Below, piece after piece: positions 1 to 11,940 of a DNA stretch of 64,000 bases (positions within the stretch are counted from its first letter, which is position 1; the number at the start of each line of letters is the position of its first letter). This DNA is from Podarcis melisellensis (taxonomy: Eukaryota), in assembly GCA_964234715.1 (NCBI GenBank), contig OZ174281.1. One strand, 5' to 3'. The position numbers and the translations under genes were made by a program. The notes under the pieces are model-generated. The model made no database searches. It saw nothing but the letters and a program-made list of their open reading frames with translations, and had not been told where the DNA came from.

Positions 1-984
1 TTTTTTTCCAGAACACCGACATTTCTTTCTATCGTTTGTTATGGTGAAGGTAACACCATCTCTTTATTTCAGGTGAAAATAAAAGCAGAGAAGACAGCAC
101 AGTTTGGGCAGTAGCATATTTGCTCATGAAGCAATAATCTGCCCTAGAGAATTTTATTGCTGTTGATGCCGCTTTGGAAAGGAAGAACTCAGCATGATTC
201 CAAACACCTCAAGTATGGGGTTGTGGGATTAACACTTAGAAAAGCTTATTTCTCAGGAAATTACATAGAGGCAACATTAAATATAGAACGATTTTCATTT
301 TTCCCCAATGCTATTTTTGAGAAATCAAAGGAGCCAATCAAAGGGGAGTGCGGAATCTGTATCAGTAGAAACATTATGTAACATGCAGTGGTTTGCAAGA
401 CATACAGTTTTGGGGGTAGCTCTCTTGGTTTAAACAGCTCTGACAACTTGGGAATGTTGTTATAGCTGTAGCCTGATCTACTTTTTCCATAGTCAAGAGT
501 GCAATGCTTGGGTTTTTGTTTTTTTATGGAAGAAGAAACCAAACGGCAGCATGCAGAGTGGATTTTATGGAGCTACACCAAGGCAGGTTGAACACACAAG
601 CCAAGAAGGTTCTATTTATGAAATAGAAAATATCTAAAGGAAAGCCAAGAGCTAAATTGTGCAATAGCAATAAAATGCACGTCTCTGTTAAGAATGCAGA
701 AAATCAATGCCAACTTTCATATGCACTACCTATGGAAAAAAATGTTTACAGCATGCCATGGCAAGACTGAACAGCTAGCAGAATGTAACTGAACCCAGAA
801 GAGGAATGGCACTAACCCCTCTCAGAAATAAGCTACGCCCAACAGATGAACAACCACAATGGTTATGAATGCATTTATCTGGGAAACATACATTTTTCCA
901 GGCGCAAAATATTATGGTCCCAATCCAGCCCACCATGGACACAGCACCCACATGTGGAGGTATCTTCATATGGCAGAGTGCGGC

Positions 985-1082
985 TTTCCAGATGCTGCTA
1001 GACTACAACTCCCATTATCCTTGCCCACTGACCAAGATGGATGGAGCTGATGGGAGTTGGAATCCAACAACATCTGGAGGGA
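985..1082. mobile_element. Degenerate palindromic MITE (same family as 5532-5667; further decayed copies near 4515-4580, 36864-36975, 38009-38118)
   Basis: ccagatg...gactacaactccca / tgggagttg...catctgg inverted arms. Confidence 0.6.
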
Positions 1083-2570
1083 CTTCATGCCCAACATGTG
1101 GCATTACAAAGCCTGGCAACCAAACAAGTTCTCTTCTTCAAGAGGATTATGTAATAATACTCTCAGAAAACCAAATCGTTATGGAGATATGGAAAATGTA
1201 AGGCCTGAGCACATCTCTCCTATTCCTGTCAAGTCTTCCCTTCTTCACTTGGATCAAAGAATGTGGGCAAAGAACAAGGGGGGGGGGTGCTAGACAGGGA
1301 AATGGGAGGCAAACATTTGCTCATGGGCTGTGTGCATTTGTGTATGTATAGTGGGGTCAGATTAGGAGCCCTGGCCAAGCTTTCCCTTGAATGCCTTGAT
1401 GGAAAAGCAGTGATGGTTTCCACTCCAGTAGCAGCACAAGTAGTCATGCAACACTCCTGGTACCATGTGAATGTAGACTGGGACTCTTAGCATAGTTTGA
1501 AATGCAGTTGTAAAGCCATCCAGTCTGCTTCTGCTAAGTGAGAATAAGAGAAGGGTAGAGATGATCTGGTGAGAGAGAACCACCTTGAATGGAACAGGAC
1601 AGGGCAGAAAAAATCAGACTGTGCAATAGGGGGGGGGGACACCAGTTGCCACCCACAGTAACAAACACCAGTATAAATATGGTGCTCCTACTGAGGTAGT
1701 TTATTGGCGAGACCTGACAAAGGCACTGATAAAGCCAAAGCTGCAGAAGAAATGGGGAGAACGCACAATCTCACTAATAAGTAATAATCTGAATCTCCGA
1801 CTGATTAAGGCAGAAGAAAAATTGGGCAGTCTAGTTGGCTTTGGAAACTGAAGAATCTACACATTCCGCCAAAAGAATGTGCATTTCTTAAAGAAAAATT
1901 ACAGGAGTCAGACCCACTTTCTATTTCCTAGGTTTACTGATAGTAGAAACATTGCTGTATCTAAATGCTATATCTTAATAATTAATTGGTCCAGAATTCA
2001 TTTACTGTAACTGCATCATAACGCCATTGGCTGGAGCCATCTAACAATATCCCTCCCAGTGACCCATGTTCATTTGCTTTCGAGTCAGGTGAATAACCCT
2101 GGAATGCACTAACTTCACAGCAGAGAGGAAGGACCCATTCCAAAACCAACCATGTTATTAAAAGCTAGATAAATTAGTTTTTGTTTCCATACTACCCTTA
2201 TCTTGGCTTACAAATGTCATTAGCGGCCACAGCACTGCTCTGATATATGAAATAACATCTTGCTAAATTATTTCTTTGAAGATTTCCTGATGGCAATTAA
2301 TTCTACAGGTCAAATAAACACAGCGGAGGAAGTATTTCTATTTCGTTTCTTTACATTTAGAGACATTCTTTTCACCAAGTATCCTTTTAATCTCGCATTG
2401 TGGAAAGTGCTCCCCCACCCCTTGCAACTCTTGCCTGTTTCTGAACACTTCAATCAAATAACTTTGGAATCTGAGCCAGAGCTGCCTCTGATCGTGGATG
2501 GCAGATGTGAATTTCAGTAAATACACACATAGCTTTCTTACTAGACAAAGAAAGAACACTTAGCTTAAAC

Positions 2571-3012
2571 CAGAGGTTTTCAACCTTCTTGAGTCCATAG
2601 CTCCCTTAACCAACTATATTATTTCTGTGGAGCCCAGGAGCCCAATTATGTCACCCCTTGCCTGCAGAGCTGGCAGCCTCTCACCCTTTTTTGAACACCC
2701 TCCCTTGTGGACTGTTCCCTCAGTCTCCTCTCCCCTCCCCTCTCCTTGGGAGTCCTCTGTGCAGACACAGCTGCCAACCCTGGTCTCTGAGCTGCGCCCC
2801 CACCCCAAAGAGAGTTGCCTGCCAGAGGCACCCTTCGCCAGGGGAGCTTGTAGCCAGGGCTGCTGCAATAAACAGCTGTGCAAGCCTTTGGGAGGCAGAG
2901 ATGCAAGAGGGCATCAGAGGTGGGAGGGAAGGAAAGAGGGACAGAGGCCAGTTTTGCCCATGGCACCCCGATCATCATTCAAGGCACCCCAGCACACTGG
3001 TTGAAACCACTG
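2571..3012. mobile_element. Non-autonomous hAT DNA transposon
   Basis: Imperfect TIRs cagaggttttcaacc / ggttgaaaccactg; 8-bp TSD-like flanks gcttaaac / acttaaat; GC-rich interior accounts for several spurious ORFs. Confidence 0.7.
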
Positions 3013-3419
3013 ACTTAAATTAATGCCTGGACTGAAAAAGCAAATGTCCCACGATCCTGTGAGATCCTGTGTATATTCGGTGCCAAAGCAATGGTCACAA
3101 CAATGGCAACAAATTTCTGGTGCAAGGGAAACAAAAATTCCATTAAGTATTACATTTCCCTCCTTGCACAAACCACCATGGAAATGAGTGGGAGTCCCCC
3201 ACAAACATCTTAAGTTCAATTTCTAATCATTTTAATGGGGGTTGAACATGAAATTTCCCCCATTTACCAGTTATGGTTGTGTTTGGACCCTAATTCTAAA
3301 ACACATTTACTTCCAACCAACTCCTGTGTTTTAAGATGAGGATGTTAAATTTATTTAACTCTATGCTCACATTATCATTTTACCACACTGGAAATGCAGA
3401 ATTAAAACAAAGAACTAAC

Positions 3420-3619
3420 CTGTGTGCCTTGGTTATTCATATCCACAAAATCACTCCATTCATTTGTTAATTCCTCTGATGATACAACTTTCAAAAGGAT
3501 GCTGGGCACCAGGTCTTTGGTTTTGCAATCTGGATAGCCGGAAACTTGATGATAAAGTTCATGGTGTACTGAGCTTTCAGCTGGAATGTGCTTGCAGTAA
3601 ATATCAAACTTTGGCGTGT
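3420..3619 (-). CDS. VPS13B: VPS13B exon R (200 nt): TPKFDIYCKHIPAESSVHHELYHQVSGYPDCKTKDLVPSILLKVVSSEELTNEWSDFVDMNNQGTQ
   Basis: Translated by hand; acceptor attccag|AC, donor CAG|gttagt; phase 1 to 0. Confidence 0.96.
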
Positions 3620-3935
3620 CTGGAATTTAATAAAAGATCCAGAAAGCTCTTTAAGGAAAGATGTTTGTGTTTATGGCACAGTTTCATCTGATTTCAATGC
3701 ACACACACAATCTAGACTGTAACAAACTCTGCCCAAGAAATTATCAGGAAATACAATTATTGCTTTTTGCTTATTTTTCAGACCCCCCCCTTTCATATCC
3801 TCTTCGTACACAAACTGCTTCTTGAATTAAATATGTTAATTCTGAGCACACTTCTTAAATTAAGAATTTAAGAGGCAAGCAAGGCAATTAATTCAAAGGC
3901 TTAAATTTTATGTCGAAGCAGGATAAATCACATAC

Positions 3936-4063
3936 CTTTGATGTTCTCTTTCACAAGCAATGAGACAGGACACCTGTTGTGGATAATTATGCGAGGACTA
4001 GGATCTTCTGATAGAGTTAAGTACGTCACCCCAAGATGTTCCTGATAAGTCAGCGCAATAGCT
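3936..4063 (-). CDS. VPS13B: VPS13B exon Q (128 nt): AIALTYQEHLGVTYLTLSEDPSPRIIIHNRCPVSLLVKENIK
   Basis: Translated by hand; acceptor gctttag|A, donor AAG|gtatgt; phase 2 to 1. Confidence 0.96.
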
Positions 4064-5531
4064 CTAAAGCGAACAAGATTGTAACATTAGACATCTGAAA
4101 GTCAACTTAATTTACTGTTACAAATTTCATACCAACCTAGTAATGTATGAAAGAACAACCAGTTATGGGAAGTTAAAACCAAGATCTCATGAATACTTGC
4201 CCACTTAAAAAAAAAAGTGGCTGTGTGTCCAGCAACACGAAGTTCAAAAGAAAGAGAAGGGAACAATGTCAACAAAGGATCAAACTTCCTACGAACATAT
4301 TTAAGTTCAAAGGTTTGCATGATGGTGGCCTCGGTTTTCATGGATTTTAAAAGAAACTTTATTTTCTAAGTAACTTTTGATGGTAATTCTATTAAGTAGC
4401 CTTCTTGCATAGAAAATCAGCATACGCTGTAAAGCAACTTGCATGCTGCTGGTACAAAAGAAATGCAAAAATGCAATAAAAATCCAATGAAACAGAAAGA
4501 AACCTCCCGCCAATGGGTCTCTTCTGGATGTGGGACTACAACTCCCAACATCCCTGAACCTGGTTGGGGTTGATGGGCACTGCATCATGCATCATGCCCA
4601 TTGGCAGTGATGCCTACATCATTGGGCTCACAGACAAATTCCTGTTCGCACATATTCTTTTTAAAGCTGCCTGTTCACCTTTATTCTATTAGAGTGATTT
4701 CCCCCCCCAAGAATATGTAAAGATAAAAATGTGTCAGTTTAGAAGAGGGAACTGTTTCTTCTTTCTCATAATCCTGCTTTTGACTCCTGCTCTCGCCTGT
4801 TAGGATCACTGTATTTTGTCAGCATCCTTTCTTCTAAGGCCCATATTGGAATCTCTTTGAGTCCAGCCACATCATTCATAAATCACCCAGAAGAGTCACT
4901 GCTGAGTAATTGGATTGATATAGGTATTCCCTCCTCAATGCTCAGAGATTGAAGCACACATTGTCTTCAAAGCATCTCCCACACAGCTCACAGCAAGGGC
5001 AATACCATATGGCTGATTCTGATCTTACGTGGCTCTGTATAGCTCTTTATTTAGATCTGCATCATACAGTAAGAACAACATCAGTTTTGGAGGCAGGAAA
5101 CGGAAATCATCTCTTCTATGAAGCAGTGGAATTTTTACTACACGGAGTGGCTTATTTTCAAAATGGGATGCAATTTTAGATATAGGCAGCCTTTCAGACT
5201 TGGAAAGTTTTCTATATTTCCTACCGACTTCTCAGTATTGTTCCCAGAGAAGTTTCCCCGCCCCCTCCTCTTTTAACATATACTGTGCCATTTTAAATAG
5301 CTAACTTTCTTCCCAAACTGCTGTAGAAGACAGAAACACATACAATTGGATTATTAAAAGTATAATTGTTCACAAGCTATCTGAGAGCACATTTATTTCT
5401 CAAGCTATCAAGATGCTACTAAAGTGTTACTAAAGTAGATGAACAGAGAACAAAATCATTTTTCATATCAAAAATTACAAAGCTTAAGCAATTAAAAGCA
5501 GAACACTCTATTTGTATTTAAGAGCCTAGAA

Positions 5532-5667
5532 CAGGCATCCCCAAACTCGGCCCTCCAGATGTTTTGGGACTACAATTCCCATCATCCCTAGCTAACAGGA
5601 CCGGTGGTCAGGGATGATGGGAATTGTAGTCCCAAAACATCTGGAGGGCCGAGTTTGGGGATGCCTG
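5532..5667. mobile_element. Palindromic hAT-type MITE (136 bp)
   Basis: Perfect 58-bp inverted arms (5532-5589 / 5610-5667); 8-bp TSD gcctagaa / gcctataa. Confidence 0.9.
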
Positions 5668-5791
5668 GCCTATAACATTACTGAGGACCAGCCTCACTAT
5701 TTTAACTTTTAAATAAACCCCTTGCATTTTTGAAGACTGGCATTGCCCTCTACCTGTCAATATAAAGCTCTTTCACACGCATTCTACATAC

Positions 5792-6075
5792 CTGGTGCAG
5801 AATCCATTTTCAGCTCTACCTCCAAGGGGTACAGCTATACTCTGCCTTGGGAATTCCTGCCGGATGACAGCTGGCGGGCTCCAGCATGAAATGGCGTGGC
5901 GATTAATGCTATGTTTGAAGCTTAGCAACATGTACTTTTGAAGAGGGAGCATATCAGAAACTGGCTGGGTAATATCAGGCATCAAGTCCCAAAAAACAAC
6001 AGAACTTGCTTTGGCAGTGTCTGTCTCTGTAGCTGAGCAGATGCTGAATGTACTGCTGTCTGGAACTTGCAAGTA
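5792..6075 (-). CDS. VPS13B: VPS13B exon P (284 nt): YLQVPDSSTFSICS...CWSPPAVIRQEFPRQSIAVPLGGRAENGFCT
   Basis: Acceptor ttccttcctag|TAC, donor CAG|gtatgt; phase 0 to 2. Confidence 0.95.
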
Positions 6076-6225
6076 CTAGGAAGGAAACAAGGAAGGGAGT
6101 ACATAGCTATTTAATGCAAGTCTTCAGTTTCTGCAGAATTTGTAAGGGGCACAATTCAAAATATTCACAAGGTTACATTAAATCTCCAAACATCTTGCCT
6201 GCGTCCACTTCTCTTTGGTATGGCA

Positions 6226-6371
6226 CAATGCTTTTTTTCTAAAAAATGTTTAGGGGTACTCTCATTTTCCTACTCATATTGAAATACTGCCCCTCAACGA
6301 GGCCAAACTTAGATTCACAAAATGTTTAGGGGTATGCGCCCCCTGTGTCCCCCCCCCCGAAAAAAGCATTG
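6226..6371. mobile_element. hAT-type MITE
   Basis: TIRs caatgctttttt / aaaaaagcattg; TSD-like gtatggca / gtatagta; internal repeat aaaatgtttaggggta twice. Confidence 0.75.
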
Positions 6372-7803
6372 GTATAGTAGGATATCCTTATAGTCAGGCA
6401 CTGAGTGGTAATGCCAAAAACTTGTAGGAGAAGCAGTGTAAAACATAAATCCAAAAAAGGAAGTAATGTGAGCTTTTATAACGTACGTTTTAAATAAGTT
6501 TGCATTGATATTTTTTTTTTATGAAAGCCAAAGCATTCCTTTGTATCCAAAACAGTCTGCCTGTCATTTAATACACCAATGAAAGATGTATTTCCCAGAT
6601 AATCCAGGGCAATGGTACTCAAAGAACTGTGAAGCATCTCTAAAGAGTTGTGAACAACTGCAATATAGGATGTGCATTTTTCTCCCTGATAGACCTATGC
6701 AGGGCTGCGCCAACATATTCTGCTACCTAAAGTGGATCAGCAAATCCACTTGCTTCCATTCTCCTCCCTGCTCCCAGTGGACTGTCCTGCTACCATCACA
6801 CACATGACTGCTGCTTCTGGTTTTTATACTCATGCTTGCAAACTACCATGAACTTTACATTACTTGCTTTTTAGATTTCTGAAATTACAGCATTTTACAA
6901 CTGCAGTGGTATCTGTTCGTGAATATCATCTGATTAGTTTATTTTATACATGCATTTCTTGTACGTATACGTGAAACACCCCTATTCCCTTATATACCTG
7001 CCCAGACTCCTCATGGTGCCTCAGCTCTCTGCCATACGGCTTGCGACAACTTGTGAGAGGGTATTCTCAATAGTGGCATCGCTTTCAGGTGCAGTTCGCA
7101 ACAATGTGAATGGAGTTTCGCCATCTGGTAAAAATGTAGTTACTCACCCAAGCATTTGGTTAAAGTGGTGCCCCTCTCTTGGCTACGTTGTTGTATAAAA
7201 AGATAACAACAACTACAGCAGCAGCAACAACAACAACATCATATTTTGATGTTACGTTTTGTATTTAAATGAAATATTGGGATTGGGTGAACAATGAAGA
7301 CTGGATTATAAAATAATTTAAATAAATAAATATAGCTATTATTCATTTTTACTATTATCAGCAAGTACAGTCGATTTAAGGCCCTGACAGTACACTGCCT
7401 ACTCAGAAGTAAGACCCAGTGAATTCAATGAGGCTTATTTCCCAGTGCTTATAAACCAGATACACCTTTTCTATATGGGAATTCTTAGAACTGTTTCAAT
7501 AGCTATGATGGATTATGCTGCCTCTGTTTCAACAGCAGCCTTCAGCTTCTGAACATATGGGGACCAAGCAGAACTAATTCTACACAGTATCAAGATCCGC
7601 AACTATGCAGAGATCACAAGTTAATTACCATGGTCAACTGTATTGTGGCATCTATGTTCTCAATTAAAACAATCTAAAACGAGTGACTTTTATTAAGTCC
7701 TGATCCAGTGTTTTCCTTTCAATAAGAAGTTTAGCCTTTATATAAATAGAAATTTATACCCACTGTAGAAGCTAAAACAAAAAATACAGTGTTAATATTT
7801 TAC

Positions 7804-7950
7804 CTCCTCTATTAGTTGAGACTTCATAATAGATAGCTGTGGCTTATAGTATATATGGTATGGAGTGTTATTGATGATGATGCTCTTGTCTTCAATCTGC
7901 AGGATCTGAATACCACGTTGAACAATCGAAGAAATGCAGAACTGACACAG
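7804..7950 (-). CDS. VPS13B: VPS13B exon O (147 nt): LCQFCISSIVQRGIQILQIEDKSIIINNTPYHIYYKPQLSIMKSQLIEE
   Basis: Translated by hand; acceptor tcctgcag|CTG, donor GAG|gtaaaa; phase 0 to 0. Confidence 0.95.
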
Positions 7951-8666
7951 CTGCAGGATAATATCAGGAACAGAACATTAGTAGGTAAAGGACAAATATT
8001 TTCCAACAATGTAAGAACCGCTAAATAAATAATTCATTTTGATGCTCAAAAATATAGGAACCCTATTATGTACACCACCTTAAGCACTATTTCAAGGAAG
8101 AAAATCTATTAGCAAATCACTGTTTGCTGCCACTTTATCCCTCAGTTAAAGAATTTAAACCATACATTAGGATGGTACGAGCTGCTTGGAAGTGGAACAA
8201 ACTATCCTGGAAGGTGGCAGGCTCCCCTTTGTTAGAGGTTCTGCAGCAGAGACTGGAAGGGTTACCTTTCAGGCATGTGGATTTTTGTCATTGGCAGGCA
8301 GCTGAACTACATCACCAATGGGTTGGGATCCACTAGTGGGTTGTAACAAGAGCACTACTACCATGCACATATATGGTAAAGGATTCAGAAATGGGTCCCC
8401 AAATGCTAAAAGTGGGTCCTGGGTCTGAAAAGACACCTGAATGACATGATTTTGATGTTCCTTTTGCAATCACTCTGTCCCGGGGAAGGCAGCTAAGGTT
8501 ATTCTACCATTTTAAACAAATCCATATGAACGGACCATTCCCAATTACGGTTTTCTTCTGGGTATGCTTGATCAGTTCATCTTGTTCTTAGTTTACCATA
8601 TTTCTGAATGACATAATATTTTTTCTCCTTTCAACATTAGGAAATAATCTCTTAAATATTTCTAAC

Positions 8667-8855
8667 CTTTTGGTGTCCTGGAAAGGCTCCAAGTCTTATC
8701 TCAGCTTCAACAAATCCTTCCTCATCCAGTGTCACCACCTCCTCGTTGTCTCCATCCTTCCACTTGGGTGATGTCATATTGTGGACCAGCTTGACTGCTG
8801 CTGACTTGTGCACAGTGTTAGTGTTTGCCCAGTATATGCCAATTTGAAAAGCTTC
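8667..8855 (-). CDS. VPS13B: VPS13B exon N (189 nt): EAFQIGIYWANTNTVHKSAAVKLVHNMTSPKWKDGDNEEVVTLDEEGFVEAEIRLGAFPGHQK
   Basis: Translated by hand; acceptor gttttag|GAA, donor AAG|gttaga; phase 0 to 0. Confidence 0.96.
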
Positions 8856-9662
8856 CTAAAACAAAAATAAATAAATTGGGGGCCATGTTCAGTACTTCCT
8901 GTTTTCAATACTTCCACTCAATATAAGACAAGAGGAGATCGCAAACGTAAATCTGATCACATTTAAATTCTATATATTTTCCCCAGCAACTTGCTTGTGC
9001 GGTATCAAGCAGTGTTGCCAAATGTGTATGCTGAACTCCATTTCATCACAAGATTTCATGGTCCTATTCAATGTTCCTATTCCGTATCCTTAAGCCACAG
9101 TCTGTCTATATATTTAGTGGGTGGTGCAGCAGTAATGTGGTAGAACAACTGTGTTACCCAAGTACCCAGTTTAGCTGGGGCCCTAAGCATGACCTATAAC
9201 TCCTTTAGGTTCACTCTATAGGTGACTGCACAGAGGATGCACTCTTGCGAGCACAACAGACATACGTTTGGTAAGATCATTCACAGAAGATAGACTTTTT
9301 TCCATTGTTGGGGAGGAGCAAGCACTTCTGATGTTTGCAAATGACCTACTCTGCACCTGAGCTAATTTTCAACGGCTATCACATTCAGTTTCTGCATACA
9401 AAACTCTCCTGGCACCCTGCAGGTTTGCACTTGTACTCAAGGCTAAGAACAGTCTGGATGCAGGCATTCTATTCATACACACTTTTAAAAAAACACAGGG
9501 GGAGGCCCAGACTTGGCCTGAGTGCATTTGGTTATCAGGTCGTAGTTGACACCAGAGGCTGTTTGTAGGAGAGGGGGACTTAAGCCACTCCTCCATCATG
9601 CTACCTTAGTGCCGAACTGGCTAAATGTATAAGCCAAGGCTGAGATTACTTTTCGTATATTC

Positions 9663-10018
9663 AAGGTAAAGGTAAAGGGACCCCTGACCATTAGGTCTAG
9701 TCGCGGACGACTCTGGGGTTGCGGCGCTCATCTCACTTTATTGGCCGAGGGAGCAGGCGTACAGCTTCCGGGTGATGTGGCCAGTGTGACTAAGCCGCTT
9801 CTGGCGAACCAGAGCAGCGCACGGAAACACCGTTTACCTTCCCGCTGGAGTGGTACCTTTTTTTCTACTTGCACTTTGACGTGCTTTCGAACTGCTAGGT
9901 TGGCAGGAGCAGGGACTGAGCAACGGGAGCTCACCCCATCGTGGGGATTCGAACCGCCGACCTTCTGATCGGCAAGTCCTAGGCTCTGTGGTTTAACCCA
10001 CAGCGCCACCTGCATCCC
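9663..10018 (-). mobile_element. Sauria SINE (Squam1), full length
   Basis: tRNA-derived head GGGATGCAGGTGGCGCTGTGGGTTAAACC with B box GGTTCGAATCC; (ACCTTT)n tail; TSD atattcaaggta. Confidence 0.93.
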
Positions 10019-10603
10019 TCATATTCAAGGTAGTACATATATTCAAGGTAGTACAGTATAAAATTCAATCTGTACATGAATTGCCCATCTTGAGGTCCTG
10101 TGGTCAAATGGTTCATAGGAAAAAAATTAAGACACTGAAATAATCCACAGCAGATGGCTGCCATTTATTACTATAAACTAGGAAATGGGTAAGCTGCTTC
10201 AAAGGGTCTTGGTGCAGTTTATTTAGGGGCTCCAAATGCAATGACCATATTTTCCGTTTCCTGATTAAAGACTCCCTTTACAATTCTTCATAGCTTAAAA
10301 AGTGGTAGCTATTCTCATTTCTCACAGCAATGATGTGCTGACTATGATCCAAGGAGGAATTTGCAATATTCACTGCTTGCCCCACATTAGGAACAAAACA
10401 ACTGACCAGAAGTACCCAGACTCCATGTGGGGAATAAGCCTGCCACTGTTTGCATGTTTGTCTATGTTTGCACGTACTGACAAATAAAAAACATATTGTG
10501 TAGGATGTGTTGTGGGCCTTGCAACCTTTGATGTCCCTGTACACAAATGAAAAGAGAATGGTTAAAATCAAACAATGCATATTGTTTTGGATAGTATGCC
10601 TGC

Positions 10604-10805
10604 CTGAAAGTTTGGAGGTATCATTGTTTTCCCAGAAGGTATCTGCAGGACAATCTTCTCGCCTTCAAACAGCCAAAGATCCCACTTGGAGTGATTGATC
10701 AGCAGAGCCCATGGCAGGAGTTCTATCAGCAGCGTTTTCACACATGGCTTCCACACTGACAGTTTCACTCGCATTGGGCTATCCCACTGAGTGAGCTGTT
10801 CGCTG
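10604..10805 (-). CDS. VPS13B: VPS13B exon M (202 or 199 nt): SEQLTQWDSPMRVKLSVWKPCVKTLLIELLPWALLINHSKWDLWLFEGEKIVLQIPSGKTMIPPNFQ
   Basis: Tandem acceptor aaaag|CAG|CG; non-canonical donor CAG|gcaggc; phase 2 to 0. Confidence 0.92.
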
Positions 10806-11429
10806 CTTTTCCAAGTAACGTATCAAAGGAGAGATAAAAGAAAATGGTTAATTCATTGGTAAGATTTGCAGTTTATCATCCTAGCCATTCATAAAGCTTT
10901 TGTTACACTGTAGTGCCTCCTGATAACAGATATGATTCTGAAATACAAAGAGATTCTGCCAGGGCAAATCTGTCCCTGATTTAGGCTGGTTTTCTTCTTT
11001 GATTGAAATAGGCTTTTATTCAAGGATCAAAAAGCAAGTCACATTTTGAAATAATTGAATTAAAAGTAGTCTCAGGACAACACCTGGCATTCAGTCTCCT
11101 TGGCAGTTACTTAGTCCTACAAATATGATAGCAAATGATCCCCTGAAAATATGATTCTGATTTTTAAAAATATTTTCAATATGTTGCAATATGAAAAGCC
11201 ACTCTCTGCTTTGGAATTTGCTTAAGCTAAGGAGCTAACAAAATAAGATGTGTCTTTTCTATCCAGGAGGCAGGTGGAGCTGATAAACCTAGAAAAGTTA
11301 TTGATAAATGCTGAAAATATGATGCTCTTCCAATGAAATAAAAGTTGTTTTAGGATCCTACCATTTGCAAATGTATTTATTTCATTGCAAGTAGTGCAAC
11401 TCCAAAGGAAAATAGTAAGACACCAGTAC

Positions 11430-11600
11430 CTGACAAAATCCTTCTTAGTATAAGGCCACACAGACTGGGGGGAGCTGCAGCTCCCATAGAAATCGGCAAG
11501 TATTTCATTTGCAGTGCCTCCTGCGTTTGATTTGGTGGCAATCTGCTTAATGAGTGCTGTCGAGATGGGGACTGCACATTCAGAAGGATCATCTTCTTCC
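11430..11600 (-). CDS. VPS13B: VPS13B exon L (171 nt): EEDDPSECAVPISTALIKQIATK...VWPYTKKDFV
   Basis: Acceptor gtggcag|G, donor CAG|gtactg; phase 2 to 2. Confidence 0.95.
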
Positions 11601-11940
11601 CTGCCACGAGAAGAAAGCAAGGATGTAATTCAGTGCATGGGTTAATCAGAGCAACTGAGTGTGTGCTCTACACCAGACTTCAGGCTTGTGGGATATTTTT
11701 TTTTAATAGACATGTGGACCCACCAACAGAAGCCGGCTGCAGACAGTGGCAGAGGTGGTAGTAGACACAACTGGAATTTGTTTAGCCTATTTGCTTATTA
11801 ACACACAAAAATCAGTCTCGAGTCTACACTGCACAATGGCATCTCCATTACCCATCAGAGAAACGGGTGGTTTTAGTAAACTTTTGTTCCGACGCTAAAC
11901 TCATCCTGCAGCCCAGCATGCTTAGGTATAGATACTATAC

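Noticed and set aside
2614-3023. Five overlapping ORFs of 64-125 aa
   Set aside because: All lie in the GC-rich interior of a hAT element; stop-poor by composition.
2914-3219. Minus-strand ORF containing NGIFVSLAPE, loosely like the next VPS13B exon (GTVFITVAPE)
   Set aside because: Lacks the VVFLTGFGYVYV start and convincing splice sites; far more diverged than the real exons. The next exon is probably outside the window.
9728-10015. Similar ORFs at 9728, 37223, 41684 and 59658 suggesting a small gene family
   Set aside because: They are translations of Sauria SINE copies.
9940-10018. tRNA-like A/B boxes (also at 40200-40276 and 41735-41810)
   Set aside because: SINE heads, not tRNA genes; each continues into a SINE body and tail.
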